This document shows, piece after piece, positions 1 to 12,689 of a stretch of 64,000 nt of DNA (position 1 is the stretch's first letter; each line of letters begins with the position of its first letter). The stretch covers positions 883,859-947,858 of the forward strand of contig SMSO01000006.1 in assembly GCA_004764695.1 (NCBI GenBank). The letters are read 5' to 3'. Position numbers and translations under genes: made by a program. This DNA is from Schizochytrium sp. TIO01. Lineage: Eukaryota; Protista; Bigyra: Labyrinthulomycetes. The notes below the pieces were generated by a model. It saw nothing but the letters and a program-made list of their open reading frames with translations, had not been told where the DNA came from and ran no database searches.

Positions 1-504
1 TCTTTAGCGTTTGTTGAACTAGCCAAGTAGAAATAAATAAAGGGAGCAAGACTCGAAAGGCTGTCACCTCTGTTGCTCTGCAACAATCATTCGGCCCGAG
101 CCCAGTGACGTTGATTTCTCTTCGCTTTTCGTTTCCCCGTGCAGTTAACTAACTGACCTCTGTCCTAGGCAGGCAGGTGCCGTCACTGGTTCGTACGGCA
201 ACTTTTATTTATCGATTGATCTGTTGACTTACTCTTGCGTATTGTTTTGTTTGCTTTTGTTTCTTCAACTAACGCGGCTCTTTCTGTGAGACAAGAAATA
301 AATCAAAGAAAAACTTTCAGCTTTCGGTGTTGGTGACCTTTCTTGTCACATTTTATTATCATTTCTTTCAATCAATGAAATTAAACCAACTATCATAGTA
401 GTATAACATTACTTCTAAAATTATTTGACGAGTTCCTGCCAGTGCTAAGTCTGTTTATCGTTAGATAAGAAATAAATAATAATTAATTACTAAATAATAA
501 TTAA

Positions 505-509
505 ATAAC

Positions 510-547
<38 letters not shown>

Positions 548-552
548 CAACA
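505..552. repeat. (AAT)n/(AAC)n microsatellite
   Basis: Run of aat triplets grading into aac. Confidence 0.9.
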
Positions 553-1286
553 AGGTTTTCAATAAAAAGCCGGCTAGACACAGCTAGGACTCGCTTACCT
601 TAAACGCCTTAGTCACTTGGCTCTCGTCCTTCTTCTAAGCTGTCTCAGGAACTCCGGACCTGCTGTACTGCTTGCTGATCGTCCTGGCGACGTGGGCAGC
701 CTGCCCGCGTCGCAGTGCCCGGGTTGCGAAGGGCCGACCGGTTTAGTTTGGTCTGTGATCTCAACGTCTGCATGTCAGCTAGGCATTGATTGCGCTGTGC
801 ACTGGAGACACTTCGAAGCGCTTTGTTTGGCTGGCCTAAGAACTTGAATGCCGCCATCGCCAAGGTTGCCGCTTTCGAAGCCCTTCTCCGGGGAAATTGA
901 CGACAGCGGCGATGTCTGCTAGCACAAACCGGCGCCAGCGTGCGCTTGGGGCAGGGCACGTCGGCGACGCACCGATAGATGCTGCCTGCCTGCTCAGCCT
1001 TGCGAGGCTTGAGCCAAGAGCAGGTGCACTGCACAGTGTCTGCGGTTGACCGAAGTGGGCGGGCTGGCTACGGGCGACCAAAGAACCTCAACGCCTCGAG
1101 CAGCTTGAAGTAGCTTCTCCTTGGCAACCCGCCTGAAGGTAGGAGGTAGATGTTGACGAGGCCAGCGCACCTACGCAAGTCAGCTCGAATCAGCGCGGAG
1201 CATTTCATGCGCCAGACCTAGACCGAGCTCAAGGTAGTGCATTTCAAGATGAACTGCCAGAGCAGCATGCTGTTCATTTACATCGT

Positions 1287-1375
1287 GCAGAGCAATGCAA
1301 TGCAATGCAGAGCAATGCAATGCAGAGCAAGGCGATGCAGAGCGGTGCAGCGCAAAGCAATGCAGCGCAAGCCAG
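1287..1375. repeat. Degenerate pentamer repeat (GCAAT/GCAGA)
   Basis: gcagagcaatgcaatgcaatgcagagcaatgcaatgcagagc...; it accounts for several spurious overlapping ORFs. Confidence 0.8.
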
Positions 1376-2381
1376 CGAGCGCAGTCTACATGTATGAACG
1401 TAGCATGCGTGGTTGGTTGGCGGGTTAGCACTCTTCAGGAGGTCAGTACCGGCACGGCGAGCTCTGTGGCTTCGTGGAGCCAGGGTCCCGCTCACCTCAC
1501 GCACCATTTGCAAAGTGCGGCGCAGCAGAGCTAGGTGCCTCAGGCAAGCAAGCAAAAAGAGAGCGCGTGACCATGGATGAACACAAGGAGTGTCTATGGC
1601 GAGCCGTCGCCAGCGCTGCACGGGCCCGCAAGTTAGCTCCTGTGCTCCAAGCGAAACGCCTGACCAGACGGGATCTCTGTGACCTTCACAGAGGTCCTGT
1701 CGACCGATGTGGTCGGGCCATGCTCGTGCAGACCAGCTTCAACTGCAAAAGAGCGCCCCATGCCATAATGGCAGAGACCTTCGAGCGGAGTGACCTTCGA
1801 GCGGAGAACCTGCCAGAGAACGAACGTGAACTTATAATTTAACTTTTCATCGCAGTCCTCTGATTCCTGCTACTTTACCGTATTCTACCTCCCTGTGAAT
1901 GTCTTTGGCAGGTCGACAGAAGAGATGCGACGCGTGCACCTTTGAGATAAGCAGAATGCAGCAGCCCCTTCGTCTCTAGAGAAAGTCTCGGACGAAGATT
2001 GGCAGCAGATGGAGAATAAAGAAGAAAAAGAAAACGAAAGAGAAAAGGAGAAACCCTGTCCCATCTCGGCTGCTCGAGAGGCCAACGTGAAAGGGTTATC
2101 GTCGGAGGCCACCGGCATCCCATTTTATCCAGTCGTGCATCCAGTTGTTAAGCTTTCCATGGTCCTTTGGAAGCTGCCTTTGAGCGTGGCCAACAGGTGC
2201 TTTCAAGCCCCAGCATTGGCAGTAGATAAGAACCTGCCAGTACCGAAGATTTTTTACCCAAGTTAATAAATTTTAACTTATTCCCTCTGACAATGAAAGT
2301 GTGAAAGTGCCTGTTTTAGGTAGGTTAGTTGTACCCAACTACTGCTATCTTTCATCAGACTAGTTTGATTGATTGATTAAT

Positions 2382-2419
2382 TGTTTGTTTGTTTGTTTGT
2401 TTGTTTGTTTGTTTGTTTG
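2382..2419. repeat. (GTTT)n microsatellite
   Basis: Direct tetranucleotide run. Confidence 0.9.
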
Positions 2420-4135
2420 AGGTGTTTTTACTTAGCAATAAATAAACGTTTACTGATAAGGTATCTATATATATAGGTACCACTCGCTCACTTCGAGGGC
2501 ATAAACTCTCCGGGGCTGCGACTGTTGGAGCTTTGCGATTTCACGTTTGGCAATTGAAGCGAAGCCCATAAGTGCGTTTAGATTGTGGAGTAGATCACAA
2601 GTGTACGTAGTTGCGTAGGTAGCTGTGCAAGGCAGTAAGCGTATGAAGAATGATGAGGGTCTAGACATGCATCACGCTGTGCCCTCGGAAGTAATGCAAG
2701 AACAGGCAACACGCAAAAGCAAACTTTCTACTCTAAGAGTAATATCATTACAGTAGGAAAGTACTTGACATCTCAACAACCAAAACCAGAGCATAGATCG
2801 ATGGGCTAAAGTAAGTTTGTTTGCTAAAGCTCGGGGTGCTTGCCTTAGGGAGGAGTGTCACAAACTGAAAGTTTAGGTAGGTACGAATGTGAAAAACGCA
2901 CTAGAGCTATTTCTTGCAGCCATGTATTATCATATGTTTGAAGTAGTAACAACTATAAACTCAATGTTAAATCGGCCGAGGCGTACAGGAATGGAAACCG
3001 TTTACGTTCGCAAATGCATTTCCTCTTGCAAATATGAAGAGGAATGTATACAATACGTCGTGCAGTTCAAAGAATGCCGAGGAGAGACGTGTCACCAGTA
3101 CAGACAAATCGTGATGTACATGTGAGGTGACAAATTGAGTATGTGTAAAGTGAATTAACTCTACAATCCAACCTTCAAACCATTAGGTACTGGAAGTACA
3201 AGCTGCTCACTTCTTTTGCCCAATTGAACAGACAAGTGGGACAAGGTAACTCAGAAACGAATCCAGCATAGCGTCTGTATGCCTGCCAGTACCGTGACAA
3301 TATAACAGACCGGGCTTTTAAAAGTTAGCGCTGAGCCGATTGAAAGAAAGATAAGCAGGCACCTTAGATTCGATTCTTTGCTTCTCTTTTGTGTACGTGG
3401 TTTTCTTATACTATCTAGGCAGTTGTGATGCAATTGATTTTGTTCGTTCTTGAAAAATGATTTTCATGAAGACAAATTTTGCTGTGTTGTGCTTAAGTTA
3501 CTTTATCCATGGCTTGACTCTACCTAATTGAAAAAAGCGTAAATATCATATCAAACAATACTTCAGACACTTAACCTGTTTTGATTTTGTGAAAGTGGTG
3601 TATTGAGGTAGAACTGACTCTATTCCATTAGTGTTCGTTTAATTTAAAAATAAAGCGGCCCCGTTGGAGTACACTTCAGCCTTTTTGAAAAATGTAACGC
3701 TTTGCAAGTTCGTCCCATTTGTGCTGTCAGCAAGAAAATTGCCGGGCTCAATTCATTGTGCTTCTTCAAGATCTCGTATCATGTGCCATAGGTTTGTACA
3801 TTTATATACCCTAGCGTAATATACCTAGATGAAGCATCACAGGGAAGATGATTACAAAATGTGTGACAGAAAATCCACGTCTCAACGGTGTTGTTATATT
3901 TCGAGTAAATAGGTTTTCATACTGCTTTCATGTTATGTCTAATTGTATTTCTTTCTTTTTCTTTAAACTGACGTGTCCGTAAATGTGTGGTGAAATAATT
4001 ATTCGTTACACAGAGATCAAGAGAGCAAATATTTGTATTTTAAAATGATTAACCTAATAGAACAAAAGAACATCAGGCAATAGAGCAAACGCATCTACCA
4101 CATGTATTCTATAGATTGTCAGCCTTGCACATATA

Positions 4136-5530
4136 CTAGCTTACAACAAAGAAGTAATAAATGAAATACATGTGCATGTGGGATATCGCACATACTAAAG
4201 TTAATGCCAACCATGGCCATCGAGGTAAAGTAGGGGGCGATATAACTGTGACTGGATATCCCCTCATGAAGCATATAAATTCTTTCATTATATGTGCAAT
4301 CTGATTAAGGATGAGCATGAAGCAACAACGCAGCAAAATCTCCTGGATACTCCCTGTCCACGCCTGTATAGAAAATGCACAGCAAATAACAAGCGAAAGT
4401 TTTTCACCGATTTCGTTATGCACAACCATTGCTGTCAGATGTTCTTTTGTCATGAAATTAGTCAGTTGACGGAACCGCAATGTAATGATAACTTGGCATA
4501 AATCAAGAGCAAAGCTCACTAGGATAGAACCGATAAAAGAGCTGCGTGATGAAGAAAGAAGAAGGACAACTCGCACTGGAGGCGTCAGAAATATGTCTAG
4601 TGAAAGAATTCGAAAGGCGCGTTGCTCTGAATATAGTTCATCTTCCTTCACATTTCGTGAACTTTTCTGGATCTTGGTGGCGATCATATCTCCTAAATGT
4701 CGCCCGGAGACGTGCAGAGAAGGAACAAAAAAGCCCATAATAAGGATATCAACGAATACTGTGGTACTCTTCCCTACAAACGTTGACAAGAACAGATATA
4801 TTGGACAAAGGAAGCATAGGCCCATCGCACTTGCTGACACAATAAACCTCCTAAGGAGGCTTTTAATCGATGGTATACGATCCATCTTGCGAATCAAAGA
4901 AATGACGAGAAAACTTGCAATATAGAAGCCTGATACAAACCGATATTCAAAAATACGACTATCAGATTGGAATCCAGACACAGCAAGCAGTATAACCCAA
5001 GAAACGACAAGAAGTAAGATTCGTATCGGAAGGATCCAATCAAAGTGATTCCAGGATGTTGAAAGACCGATGGTAAGCATAAGCAGAACAGATTCAAACA
5101 TAAAAAACGCTAAGAGCTCAAAATCCTTTTCGCGAGCATCCAATGCATCCTGAGACAGTGGTGAGCGTTGGGAACCTATCATCAACGTAAACAAAATCAT
5201 CAGCGAGGAAGCCCCTGCCACCCAAAACATACCAATCAAGGATACCTTCAGAGAAAACCATAAAAACTGACGTTGTCTGCGAAATTCATCCTGCCAGGTC
5301 AGTGTATACTTTACAGTATACGATTGCCGTCTCTCTGATTTCCCAACAATGGCCTTCACCACACGAGCAGTTTGGTCAGCAGCAGCGTGCAGCTTCGCTT
5401 TTGAAGTTGATTCTGTTCGAGCACCCACATTCTGCTCCTTGTCATCTACAATACTCTTTATACCGCATGCATCCTCGGCTGCTAAATCGTTGGCAAGATC
5501 GGCTGGGAGAATTAAAGCTCCTCGAGCCAT
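4136..5530 (-). CDS. Multi-pass membrane protein, unknown function (464 aa)
   Basis: Long single ORF in AT-rich surroundings. Hydrophilic N-terminus followed by about 8-10 hydrophobic segments. No family motif recognised. Confidence 0.75.
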   Translation of the reverse strand: MARGALILPADLANDLAAEDACGIKSIVDDKEQNVGARTESTSKAKLHAAADQTARVVKAIVGKSERRQSYTVKYTLTWQDEFRRQRQFLWFSLKVSLIGMFWVAGASSLMILFTLMIGSQRSPLSQDALDAREKDFELLAFFMFESVLLMLTIGLSTSWNHFDWILPIRILLLVVSWVILLAVSGFQSDSRIFEYRFVSGFYIASFLVISLIRKMDRIPSIKSLLRRFIVSASAMGLCFLCPIYLFLSTFVGKSTTVFVDILIMGFFVPSLHVSGRHLGDMIATKIQKSSRNVKEDELYSEQRAFRILSLDIFLTPPVRVVLLLSSSRSSFIGSILVSFALDLCQVIITLRFRQLTNFMTKEHLTAMVVHNEIGEKLSLVICCAFSIQAWTGSIQEILLRCCFMLILNQIAHIMKEFICFMRGYPVTVISPPTLPRWPWLALTLVCAISHMHMYFIYYFFVVS

Positions 5531-7053
5531 CGTCGAAACCGATAGTCATCTCGTAGATGTCAACGATTTGAGTCTACTACATGTTTAGTTTCTCATTTTT
5601 AAAGCAAACAAGTTCAACAGCGATCAATAATAGGTATGTTCTACCATGGTAGGGAACCAACTATATACAGAGTTAAAGTTGCGAATGAAAGGACGCTTGT
5701 ATTCGTTCCATGACTCATATCGTACAGCGTATATTAATCTATTTGTGACTTTAAAAAATGTATTAGATTCAGTGAAACAGAATAATCAACGGCTCAGTAT
5801 CTAACCAAAAGAATAGTACATGGTAGCATGTGTCCTTTCATCGAAATATGATACTTATATACTAGTAGATGGAAGCTTCAAGTATGTTAAGTATAGGCCC
5901 TACATTATATATTTATCCGCTTGTTGCATTGTGTTGTACTGTACTATGCTTGGCTCCTACGTGTTTTTCCTTTTGTATTTAGCGTCCTTATAATTATATT
6001 CTAGGATTTTATTTTTGGAGCCTCAGCTTTCTTGTTTATATGGTAATTTACCAAATGTCTCACATAAATCCGTTATCTCAATATAAACTACCTATTACTA
6101 TAATACTATAATACTACTTAAGGTAAGCTGAAGCTGACCACCCAAAACGTAGGAGGTGGCAAGCTGTGGTAGTTTGCCAGAAATGCAGTGGAAGAAATCG
6201 CCAGGGCTAATCGGTATTATCAGTAGGTAAATCATATGCATAGAATGAAAATGGGTTTCCTACTATTATCTAACAGAAAAAGCATATTAGAGTTGGAGGA
6301 AGAATTCCACGCATTTGTTTTATATTTGACTGAGTTCCAAACGACGTACGTAAGAGGTGATCTGACCTAAAAATACGATAGCGCATCCGCTATTACAACG
6401 ACAATTCGGTGAATAATAAAGTTAAACATAGGTCCTTATGCAGGGCCACGTCATACAATTGCCTTGGGTCTCCTTCTCGGCTCTCCTTGGTAGATAATTT
6501 TGTTTTGTTTTTTTGAGAATAAAATGATTCCAAGATTATGTGTTATACTTCAGGACTTAATTTAGACTTAAACAAGGTTTATTTGCAAGTTACTCCAGTC
6601 AATATAAAAGGCCCGGCCAGTTCCGCTAAAGCTGAGTGATATTTAAGGTGATATTTAAGACTGAAAGCGAATACAGAGCGCTTCCAGATCTTGGCGCTTA
6701 CAAAATAGTCAGAATTGCCAACTCTTCTTTTAAGCCAACAAAGACTAGCGATTATAAATAGTTGGCTAAATGTATTCGTTTCGCTTGAAAAGATGGATCT
6801 AATCATCTTAATACGTGCGACAAGGAAGTCCACTGCTGCAAGATAAACTTTAAAAGGGGAGAAAGAAAACTTAGTTACATTGGGCCTGAGTGCCAGTAAA
6901 GAAAGCTAAGGCAGTTGAGAAGAGTGATGTTGTAAAATGAAATGGTCCTCTTGCTGGAGATCTTAAATAAAAATCTATTCAAGGAAAGATTCTCGGAACG
7001 GCCTCGGTGTATATTTGAGTTCGTTCCTATGATTTGGTATAACCTCGTGAGAT

Positions 7054-7551
7054 TTAAGCCCAGCCAAGAGATTTGCGCACACATTCGTCTGCTTTTGCAT
7101 TAAAAGCATCTCGGTCGGTGCGCCACATTTTTGCAGCATCAATGTTGGCTGGACTCTCATCATTTGGCTCTGCTAACATGCTAATGACTGAGAGGATGAT
7201 TTTTTCAATACTTTGCACAGGTGACCAGCGCTCACAAGACTGTTCATAACCAAACTTGTCTTCTACAGGTTCGTGAAGGATACTGATGCAGACTTTACCG
7301 TCGGGGTAAACATTTGGGTGCCACAAAGGCTGCGTGAAGCGCATGACAGGCGGGTTGAGCGGATAGTCCTTCGGAAAGCTTAATGTGCTGTGAAAGCAGC
7401 CACCATCATAAGGCGTTCCCTCAGGGCCCAGAAAAACACACTCCCACTCGAGCATGTTGCTCTCATCGCCAGCAGGGCCTGCTGCCACGCCGGCTGGAGG
7501 TCGAACAGATAGTTCTTTGTATTCCAAGAGAAGTCTCTTCATGGCCATCAT
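7054..7551 (-). CDS. UBC7: Ubiquitin-conjugating enzyme E2, Ubc7/UBE2G type
   Basis: KRLLLEYKEL, GPEGTPYDGG, FPKDYPLNPP and HPNVYPDGKVCISILH (catalytic Cys), followed by the acidic-loop insertion EPVEDKFGYEQSCERWSP typical of Ubc7/UBE2G. Start placed at the first in-frame ATG (7551); a small upstream exon is possible. Confidence 0.93.
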   Translation of the reverse strand: MMAMKRLLLEYKELSVRPPAGVAAGPAGDESNMLEWECVFLGPEGTPYDGGCFHSTLSFPKDYPLNPPVMRFTQPLWHPNVYPDGKVCISILHEPVEDKFGYEQSCERWSPVQSIEKIILSVISMLAEPNDESPANIDAAKMWRTDRDAFNAKADECVRKSLGWA

Positions 7552-8963
7552 GGTGTCTAATAATATATTGAAATACAGCAACAGTAAACTATCTCAACCT
7601 GCAAGACCTGCCCTTTCCAAGGCTCTAAACAACTGCTGCGTAGTTAACCGTGTTTAGTCTCCGCGGATTGTCCCTTATACAGAAGACAAGGCTATCGCTC
7701 AGTATGCCCTTGGTTGGCAAGTCTTCTCGCGAAGTTCACCAAATTCGTGAACAATCGAAAGCAGTGACACTTAATATGCACGCGAAGGGGGGCAACTCCT
7801 CGCAGGTGTCTTGGGGGATAGAACTCAACACTATGTAGGTCGCTACCTTCAGTCTCTAGGAATAGAGCTGTGCAAGAGAAATGGAATTGATGCACCGCCC
7901 CGGTGTCGGGTTTTCTTGTGTGATGTGTCCTCCTTAATCTCTTTGAAAATAATCTGAATAAAGAAAATACCGTAAACACCTTAATTCAAACGGAACATTT
8001 TGAACACCTTAAATGTTTATCCTGCTGTACCAGAAATTCATTTCATCAGTTTGTTGCTTGCTATAACGGCACGAGATGACTTCTTTAAAGGCTTTTAAGT
8101 TTGACCTCTTAGAACATTGTGTAGTTTGTGGGGTGTTTATGTGCTTCGCTTTTCATGTGCCCTTTTAGTAGATTTGAGAGGCGATTTAGGGAACTTGAGT
8201 TTGACAAAAATGCAGTAGCAAAATTGCTGCGAGCACTCTTTTAGCGTAAGCATTCATTTCCACAAGGTAGCTAGCTATAGATTCATACAAGCACGAAACT
8301 GCTATATCTTTATGAATGCCGTATAAAGTCGTTGTTAAACGAATCCGGATATCAGCCCTTCTTTAGCTTAAATAAGTATTTTGCAAAGACAGGATTTGAT
8401 GGCAGTCGCGTACCTTAATCCCGCGCTTTCCTTCGTATCTGTCATAATTATCTCTAGGAAAAGAAATAAACCAGACATATCGGGGCAAAGCACCGCCTAT
8501 TTGGTAAACCCGAGTTATGATTCACTACTCTTCACAAGAATCAGTTTGCATAAAAGCTCCGTGCTTGTCAATTCAAGATCGGGCATTGCTTGTTATTTAC
8601 TCTAAGCTACGCAATTTCTTCCATTCCCAGCGAAGTCTCTCTCGGCCAGTCAGGCCAGAACATCTCTTTTCAAGTCTCTCCCACGGCTGGTACTACCTGC
8701 ATCACATATCGAAACCTTCAAATCCTCCAAGACATCGCCCTGTTGCAAAACTCCAAAGCAATAAATAATCCCCACTCATTTCCCAACCTGCGGCAATCCC
8801 ACATCTACCTTCACATATCCCAATCCTCTCTCCACGTTATCCAGCTCGTTTTCCAAGTCCTCCTGCCATTTCAACATACCAATCGATCAATCAGCCTCTT
8901 GAAATTAATCGCCACCAAAATCTCAATCTTCTTCTTCTGTTGGAACCAAAAACACAACGATGG

Positions 8964-8972
8964 AAAAAAAAA
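8964..8972 (-). terminator. Pol III oligo-T terminator of tRNA-Arg copy 1
   Basis: T9 on the minus strand about 34 nt downstream of the tRNA. Confidence 0.6.
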
Positions 8973-9005
8973 GAAGGCGTAGCCAGTGAGCTTATTAAGG
9001 CCCGT

Positions 9006-9078
9006 AGTCGCTGAGGAGGGTCGAACTCCTGACTTCTGGATTCGAAGTCCAGCACGCTAACCACTGCGTCACAGCGAC
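9006..9078 (-). tRNA. tRNA-Arg (anticodon TCG), copy 1
   Basis: Acceptor stem GTCGCTG/CAGCGAC, D-arm ACGC/GCGT, anticodon arm CTGGA-CTTCGAA-TCCAG, T-arm AGGAG-TTCGACC-CTCCT; 73 nt, no intron. Confidence 0.96.
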
Positions 9079-9678
9079 GCTATGCATTACCCGCGTTGAA
9101 TACGCGGATGTCTCTGTACGGCGAACAAAGCCTGAAAAACATTCGCTTCGAGATTCACTCCTACTGAGCGCTAGAGTTAGCTAGCAAAGAGCGGAGACGC
9201 CGCAAACTGCTGCGCTGAGCGCAGAAGAGCCTTCGCAGATCCACGGGCGAAAGCTCCAGGGACACCGAAAGAAGGCTCAAACATCGTCGTCCTCGTTGTC
9301 GTCGTCGTCGATTTGCACGCACTCTGAGTCTTCGTCAATCGCCTGCGACGCTATCTCCGCAAGGTTTCTCGAGCGGCCGTTAGGCCTCTTTTCGCTACAG
9401 CTCAGATCAAATCGCACACCCTCATACTACCGCCACTATTAGGTGCTAGGTAGAAACGAAACGAATGAAAAAGAACTTCAACAAGGCAAGTGCATCCCAA
9501 ATCCTCTCCACACCGTGCAAACGGAAAAGGCGAAAGCCTCAGCCATCGCCGCTCGCTGCTTCAAAATCTCCTCCAACCGGTCCTGAGCGGGCAAAAATGA
9601 AGGCGCCAGTCTCAAGAAGCTTCGTTCCTGAGGTTGATGACTGCGAGTCGAGGGCCAAAAGAGGAGGGAAAAGGAGGG

Positions 9679-9686
9679 AAAAAAAA
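9679..9686 (-). terminator. Pol III oligo-T terminator of tRNA-Arg copy 2
   Basis: T8 on the minus strand about 28 nt downstream of the tRNA. Confidence 0.6.
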
Positions 9687-9713
9687 GTAGCTGATGGGCA
9701 TTTAAGTGCCCTA

Positions 9714-9786
9714 AGTCGCTGAGGAGGGTCGAACTCCTGACTTCTGGATTCGAAGTCCAGCACGCTAACCACTGCGTCACAGCGAC
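9714..9786 (-). tRNA. tRNA-Arg (anticodon TCG), copy 2
   Basis: Identical 73-nt body to copy 1, 708 nt away, same strand. Confidence 0.96.
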
Positions 9787-9815
9787 GCTGCTGATTGCTA
9801 GCAGGCTACACAGGC

Positions 9816-9822
9816 TTATAAA
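9816..9822 (-). promoter_or_regulatory. TATA-like element upstream of tRNA-Arg copy 2
   Basis: TTTATAA at about -30 to -36 from the tRNA 5' end, in GC-rich context. Confidence 0.4.
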
Positions 9823-10383
9823 GGGTGTGCTCCCGCACGCCCCGCCCAAGGTGGGCGCCAAGCCCGCCTCTCGAGCCGTCACCGGCAGCCTCGACAAGTC
9901 TGCGGGCAAAGGCCAAGGCTTGGGAACGAAGGAGGAACTATGGGAATAGGGTAAACAAGAATTTTGGGGCTCGAAGATGACATGGAAGGGCATCAATGAC
10001 ATGCGTTAAGGTCGTGGTAAAAAATTAAGCTTTGACGCCGAATGTGCGTGGAAAACAGCTCTGGGGATGGCGGCGGAAGTCAAACTTGGATGAAGATGGT
10101 CGAAGCAGAGTTTGGCGTCGCTGTGCCAAATTATAGCTTCGCAGACCACATCGATGGCGCGAATGACCGCCATTTCTGCGCTTGACGGCGATGCTATCGG
10201 AAGGCCTAGCTTTTATCCTAGGATAGACATAATACCTCCATTAAGTCGCAGGAAATCATTGGAATAAATCTACAAAACGTGGTTAAAAAGAAGAAGGCAA
10301 GCAAATCCAAAAGTTGAACTGCGGCTCCTCACGAGCTTAGACCTCAGACCTGGCGCGAGTTTGGCTGCGGGTAGATCGAAAGG

Positions 10384-10917
10384 ATGTCTGCGCCGGAACC
10401 GTCTCCTGCAGAGGGTGGTGACCTCACGCGAGATGGCGCTGTGCGCCCCACCGACAGCGTGACGGCGCTCCAGAACGAGCTGGTCAAGCTTGGCCAGGGC
10501 ATGGCAACTGTTCTTGAGGACGTTTTACAAATGCACGCACCAGAAAATGTGCCGGCACCTCCTCCAGGTGTGGATCCAGCTGTTTTCTACCCAGAGTACT
10601 GGCGCAAGCAGCGTGAACAGTTTGCCACACGAGGCTTCGAGCAAATTGCCGATTCTGCCGGTGTTGACGGACCTCGCGAAAAACTTCGGGCCAAGGCTCG
10701 CGAGATGGTGGATGTCGTAAGGGCGGTGAATAAGCTGATGGAAGACAATGGAATTGTTCGCAGCGAGGATGATCAGCTCAAGGAACTTCAGGAGCTTAGC
10801 GATGATAATGCCAAGGCTCACGAAGAGCTAGAGAATGCAGTGACGGATGCCAACGAGTTCCTCTCAAGAGTAGCTGAGCTGCAGCGCCGAGTGGCTGCTG
10901 GAGCGCTTGACTTTTAA
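10384..10917 (+). CDS. MED21: Mediator complex subunit 21 (Srb7)-like
   Basis: N-terminal DSVTALQNELVKL, central AREMVDVVRAVNKLM, and SEDDQLKELQELSDDN...ELENAV coiled coil, matching the Med21 pattern as I recall it. Confidence 0.75.
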   Translation: MSAPEPSPAEGGDLTRDGAVRPTDSVTALQNELVKLGQGMATVLEDVLQMHAPENVPAPPPGVDPAVFYPEYWRKQREQFATRGFEQIADSAGVDGPREKLRAKAREMVDVVRAVNKLMEDNGIVRSEDDQLKELQELSDDNAKAHEELENAVTDANEFLSRVAELQRRVAAGALDF

Positions 10918-12689
10918 AAAATGAAGCTCTCAGTCAGGAAGCTCTCAGTCAGGGAACGCAATCTATCCTTATTTGGTTGTGCAAACTTGCAAGACACGCT
11001 GTAATTTTGAATGTCAAGGGCGAAGCCTTTAGCGCTTATTTTTGGATGGTGTGAAAGGGTAACTTCGGTAGCAGAATCCGCCTCGTTTATGCGTTTATAT
11101 CTGCGTAAGCCGCAAGACTGTCTCACGCGCTCTAAAGAACAGTAGGCAAGATGATCATGTGAGCTGGATGTTTTGGGATGCTCGCTATTTGATTGGATGT
11201 GTATAGCTGAAATGTATGTGTTGTCTAGATCAATTATATACCAAGGCGCATATGAGTAGGGCCGTCTTTTCATTGGTATCACATATCACCACGGCATGTT
11301 GCTCTCTTCGAGGAAAGAAATATGATTTACATGTTTCTGTTGGCCCTGTATGTACATTTATTCTCGTTCGCACTGGCAATAGTGAAATTATCATGTGCCG
11401 TTATAATTCGGGCGACGCCGTACTCTTGATTCTTTTCTTTAAGGATCTTCATCTCTAGTCACAACTTGCTGTCAGTGTCTGATAGTCCCTGAATAGAAGA
11501 AGTGTGCTCTGCAAAAGATAGTTGCACTTTATTTAAAGAATAAATCATGGCATACAACCATTTTTATTTTCCTTTATCTTCTTCCCAATCTCATCACCAG
11601 TAGGTCTCCACTAAATTGCAAACCAGGTGCACCAAACTTACCGTCCTCCTGTGATTCCACGCCTGTAAATTGCTGACCGTAGTACTTACTTCTTCCATGC
11701 CGCACAAACTTGAGAAGTCCTCGACTCATCAGACCCTCTCTTCGATCATCGTGGTTCCAAAAGTTGTAGTACAGCTTAGTAACGGTGCGCTGGTCCCCAA
11801 GAACCAGGCTCCGATTCACCAACCCCTTCTAAAAAACACTCCAAACAAACCAATCTTATCTTCATTTTCTCTGCACTCCCAAAACACATCCCACCGGAGT
11901 TCCTTTTCGGTACTCTTCTGCAGCCGCTGCGAGGTTGCTCTAAACCCTGTCGTGTGGCTCCTTCAGTTCATCCCCAAATATTTGTTCCCCAATTTCTTTC
12001 TTTGTTTCTCCATTGAGCTAGTAAAAAGAAAGAAAGAAAGTATGTTGGTAAGTAAGTAAGTACCTATGCAGGTACTAGTCAGTGCTACCTACGTACCAAC
12101 TAAAAGAACAGGCAAAGGGCTGTTCATCTTTCGTTTTCTGGTGACCTATTCACAAGAAGAAATGCAGCAGAGAAACAACAACTCAGGAAAACCGAGGAGA
12201 GCATCGATCGTCATATTCTGCTGCAGCGAGATTTTCGGACCTGAGGCAGCACAAACGGGCCTTCAGACCTAGCCACCTCGATACGCCTTCACCCCCCAAA
12301 GAGGTAGCTGTAGGTAGGTTGTAAATGCACAAAGAAGAGCGCGCACCCTGAGAGAGAGGACCTCGCTACTGTTACTCCAAAGGTTAAGAGGCTCCTAGCA
12401 GCACAAACAGTAAACAAAAGTTAAAAAGAATAAAATGAAGGGGGGTACGCCTTTAGAGAGTCCACGGAAGAGGGAGTATAAATATATAGGTAGAAAGAGA
12501 AAGCAAATAATGGCACTAAGGAAGAAGTTGAGGAAAAGAACACTTTAAAATCAGAACAGCAACGCAAGTTGAAGAGAAGAAAAAGAAAGCAAAGGCAAAG
12601 AAAGCAGAGCACAACTCGAGCGCCCTCGCTCGGAGAGGAGAAGGCGCGAGCGCAGGAAACGGGAGCTGAGTGGGCCTGGGTGAGCCAGC

